Shown here in pieces: positions 61,966-64,000 of a DNA stretch of 64,000 nucleotides (position 1 is its first letter; each line of letters opens with the position of its first letter). The notes under the pieces are model-generated. The model was not told the origin of the DNA, searched no databases, and saw nothing but the letters and a program-made list of their open reading frames with translations. Position numbers and translations under genes: made by a program. Source of the stretch: Escherichia phage JLBYU32; the sequence record OK272490.1; one strand, 5' to 3'.

Positions 61966-64000
61966 GCATAGATACCATTCTTAGCCTTCTTACGGCCTTT
62001 AGTTATCTCGTGAAGAAGTTCCTCATCCTGTGTCTCTCTACAACGGATAATATCTTCTTCTTTGTTCAATGCAAAATAGATACTGTTAAGTGTATGCGCA
62101 TCAGTACCTGTGTAGACTTCATACAAATCATTATCAGCATCGTAACGACAATATTTATCAGCCTCTGGATTTAGGTACTTATCAAGATGCTTGCAGTAGT
62201 ATCGTCCATCATCCTGTTTAGTGAACTCTACAAACTCTTTACCTTCAGTTACCGCTTTGGTGAAGTCTTTATCACCCATAAAGTTACACAGTAAAACAAG
62301 CTGTGCAGAGTTCTGGTCAACTGAAACGATATTAGTCCCTTCCTCGCAAATCCACACCTCCCTCATAGGCGCTCCATAGACAGCAGCACCAGACGGCACG
62401 TTTACAATACCATATTGTGTCATACGCCCAGTTGAAGTACCAAACACCATTGCACCAGCACTAAGGCGACCATCTGGACGAATCTGGTTCAGCCAACCTT
62501 TCTCGTCATCCTTTGAGTTCTCAATAGTTCTGCGTCGGTGCATCAAAGTATAGTACTTAGCAATCTTCTGTCCAAGTTCACCTTCAATCGTATCATAAGA
62601 TGATTCAGTAAGTTTTGGTGAAGTACGGATTAAGCAAGGCTCAAGCAAATCTGTGTACTTCTTCACAGACCAGTTATGCTCAATGTACTGGACACCTTCA
62701 TGCTCAACATAGCTCAAACCACACCGCTCAACCATTTCCTGCCATTTAGGATGCTTGGTAATCATCTTTTTGTTGTCTTTGAAACGACAAACCTTAACAG
62801 GACGACCATCTGAGTCTTTCTTGTAGTTCCAGTCATCTGGAATCCAACCAACTGATTTCAAGTAGTCTTTAACAACTGCTACCTGAGTCATACGAGAAAC
62901 TTCAAACTCAATTGGTGTATATGGTGCATCAATCAATCCTGTGTAGCGACTTGACTCAAGTTCAAAGTGGTTAACAACGTGGCTGTTATAGTACTTCACA
63001 GTTTTGACTGTTTTTACTGGCTTCCAGTCTTTGCATTTCTTACCAATCTTTGCATTCAACTCATTGCAAATTGCACGAGCATCCTTCATTGCTACAAAGC
63101 CTTCCTTGTACTCTTCACCAGTTACAGAGTTGGTTGGTGTATAGCAATTTCTCTTTTCAATGTTAAAAATCTTTGTAGTTGGCTTACCAAATGGTTTGAT
63201 TTCATAAGTCTGCATCTCACCATTACGCACCTGCTGACGATACTTCGTCTTAGGGTACTTGGTAATTCTTTTCAGTCCATCTGCATGACCAAATGCTTCA
63301 ACATACTCATTCCAAGCTTTTGCAAACTCTTCTCCAGTGACTTTACCTTTGGTCTTAATAGTTGGAGGTAGATGTGGTTCAACCTCTGAAGCAAGCTCAT
63401 TAGTCAACTTGTCAAGTTCCTTTACATGGAACTCCATAAGCTCTTTATCAGCTTTCCAGCCATTAATAGCTTGTTGACTCATCCAGAAAGACGTCTCTTT
63501 AGCTCGCATGTAGGTTTCATAAGTGTCTATGCCACACTTCTTAAGCTTGAGATACTCGTTATCAAGTGCCCGTTTAGTTTTGGCGTTAATACGGATATCT
63601 TCTACAACACGAGTGAAGATTTCTGCATTCCACACACCCCAATGTTCAATCTCTGGTTTACGAACACCAACACGAGCACCCCATGCAGCCAAACCATGAG
63701 CACCTTTATAACCCTTTGGAGTTGGTCTATCCATCCACTGAACACGAGACTGGATAAGAGAATCCTGAAAGAAATTACTCCACGGTTTACACTTTGGATT
63801 ATCAAAGTTCCATAAATCAGGTGCAATGTGATTGAAAACCCACCAGTCATAACCGAGACCATTATGGATGCAAAGACGTTTTGCCTTTAACGCAAACTCA
63901 ATGCCTTCACGTAAGCCACCCTTAATGTACTTGGTATACTTGTGACCGAGGATAGGCTCATCTGTAAAGACCCATACAGGCGGCTCTTCATCGTCAGATT
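61923..64000 (-). CDS. DNA polymerase (family A), N-terminal segment; partial, runs off window end
   Basis: DQNSAQL (motif A-like) and ...RKKAKNGIYA (first half of motif B); frame open from 63734 to 64000. Confidence 0.7.
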   Translation of the reverse strand, partial: SDDEEPPVWVFTDEPILGHKYTKYIKGGLREGIEFALKAKRLCIHNGLGYDWWVFNHIAPDLWNFDNPKCKPWSNFFQDSLIQSRVQWMDRPTPKGYKGAHGLAAWGARVGVRKPEIEHWGVWNAEIFTRVVEDIRINAKTKRALDNEYLKLKKCGIDTYETYMRAKETSFWMSQQAINGWKADKELMEFHVKELDKLTNELASEVEPHLPPTIKTKGKVTGEEFAKAWNEYVEAFGHADGLKRITKYPKTKYRQQVRNGEMQTYEIKPFGKPTTKIFNIEKRNCYTPTNSVTGEEYKEGFVAMKDARAICNELNAKIGKKCKDWKPVKTVKTVKYYNSHVVNHFELESSRYTGLIDAPYTPIEFEVSRMTQVAVVKDYLKSVGWIPDDWNYKKDSDGRPVKVCRFKDNKKMITKHPKWQEMVERCGLSYVEHEGVQYIEHNWSVKKYTDLLEPCLIRTSPKLTESSYDTIEGELGQKIAKYYTLMHRRRTIENSKDDEKGWLNQIRPDGRLSAGAMVFGTSTGRMTQYGIVNVPSGAAVYGAPMREVWICEEGTNIVSVDQNSAQLVLLCNFMGDKDFTKAVTEGKEFVEFTKQDDGRYYCKHLDKYLNPEADKYCRYDADNDLYEVYTGTDAHTLNSIYFALNKEEDIIRCRETQDEELLHEITKGRKKAKNGIYASVAHVKRCELLEA

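Noticed and set aside
61923-63734. Treating Met at 63734 as the true start of the DNA polymerase
   Set aside because: Translating upstream in the same frame (63735-64000) gives no stop codon, so the gene continues beyond the window; the listed start is only the first in-window Met.
63602-63862. 86-aa - strand ORF near the window end
   Set aside because: Out-of-frame overlap with the DNA polymerase reading frame, which is open from 63734 to 64000.

Overview
This window reads as a segment of a virulent, AT-rich, Felix-O1-like (Ounavirinae-type) myovirus genome; family assignment is by gene content and hand comparison of motifs, not by database search. Left to right: rIIA/rIIB homologues and a + strand early block (secreted SLT-like protein, overlapping spanin-like pair, TARG1-like macrodomain); an array of ~10 small ORFs each preceded by a conserved promoter/hairpin/RBS cassette; a 1.7 kb ORF-free repeat-dense region; a - strand block containing a T4-lysozyme-like endolysin; an AT-hook protein and a vWA/MIDAS (Ro60/DUF2828-like) protein; a ~5 kb cluster of about 27 tRNA genes with repeated structured spacers and two embedded ORFs; a complete + strand late module (terminase, portal, protease-scaffold, capsid, sheath, tube, frameshifted chaperone, tape measure, baseplate, two His-rich tail fibers); and a - strand replication/nucleotide block (thymidylate synthase, DHFR, ATP-dependent ligase, family A DNA polymerase). 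The polymerase gene is interrupted inside motif B by an ~0.8 kb intervening sequence carrying an HNH endonuclease ORF and runs off the window end. No integrase or repressor module was seen. All tRNA folds, anticodons and protein family calls were made by eye and need tool confirmation.
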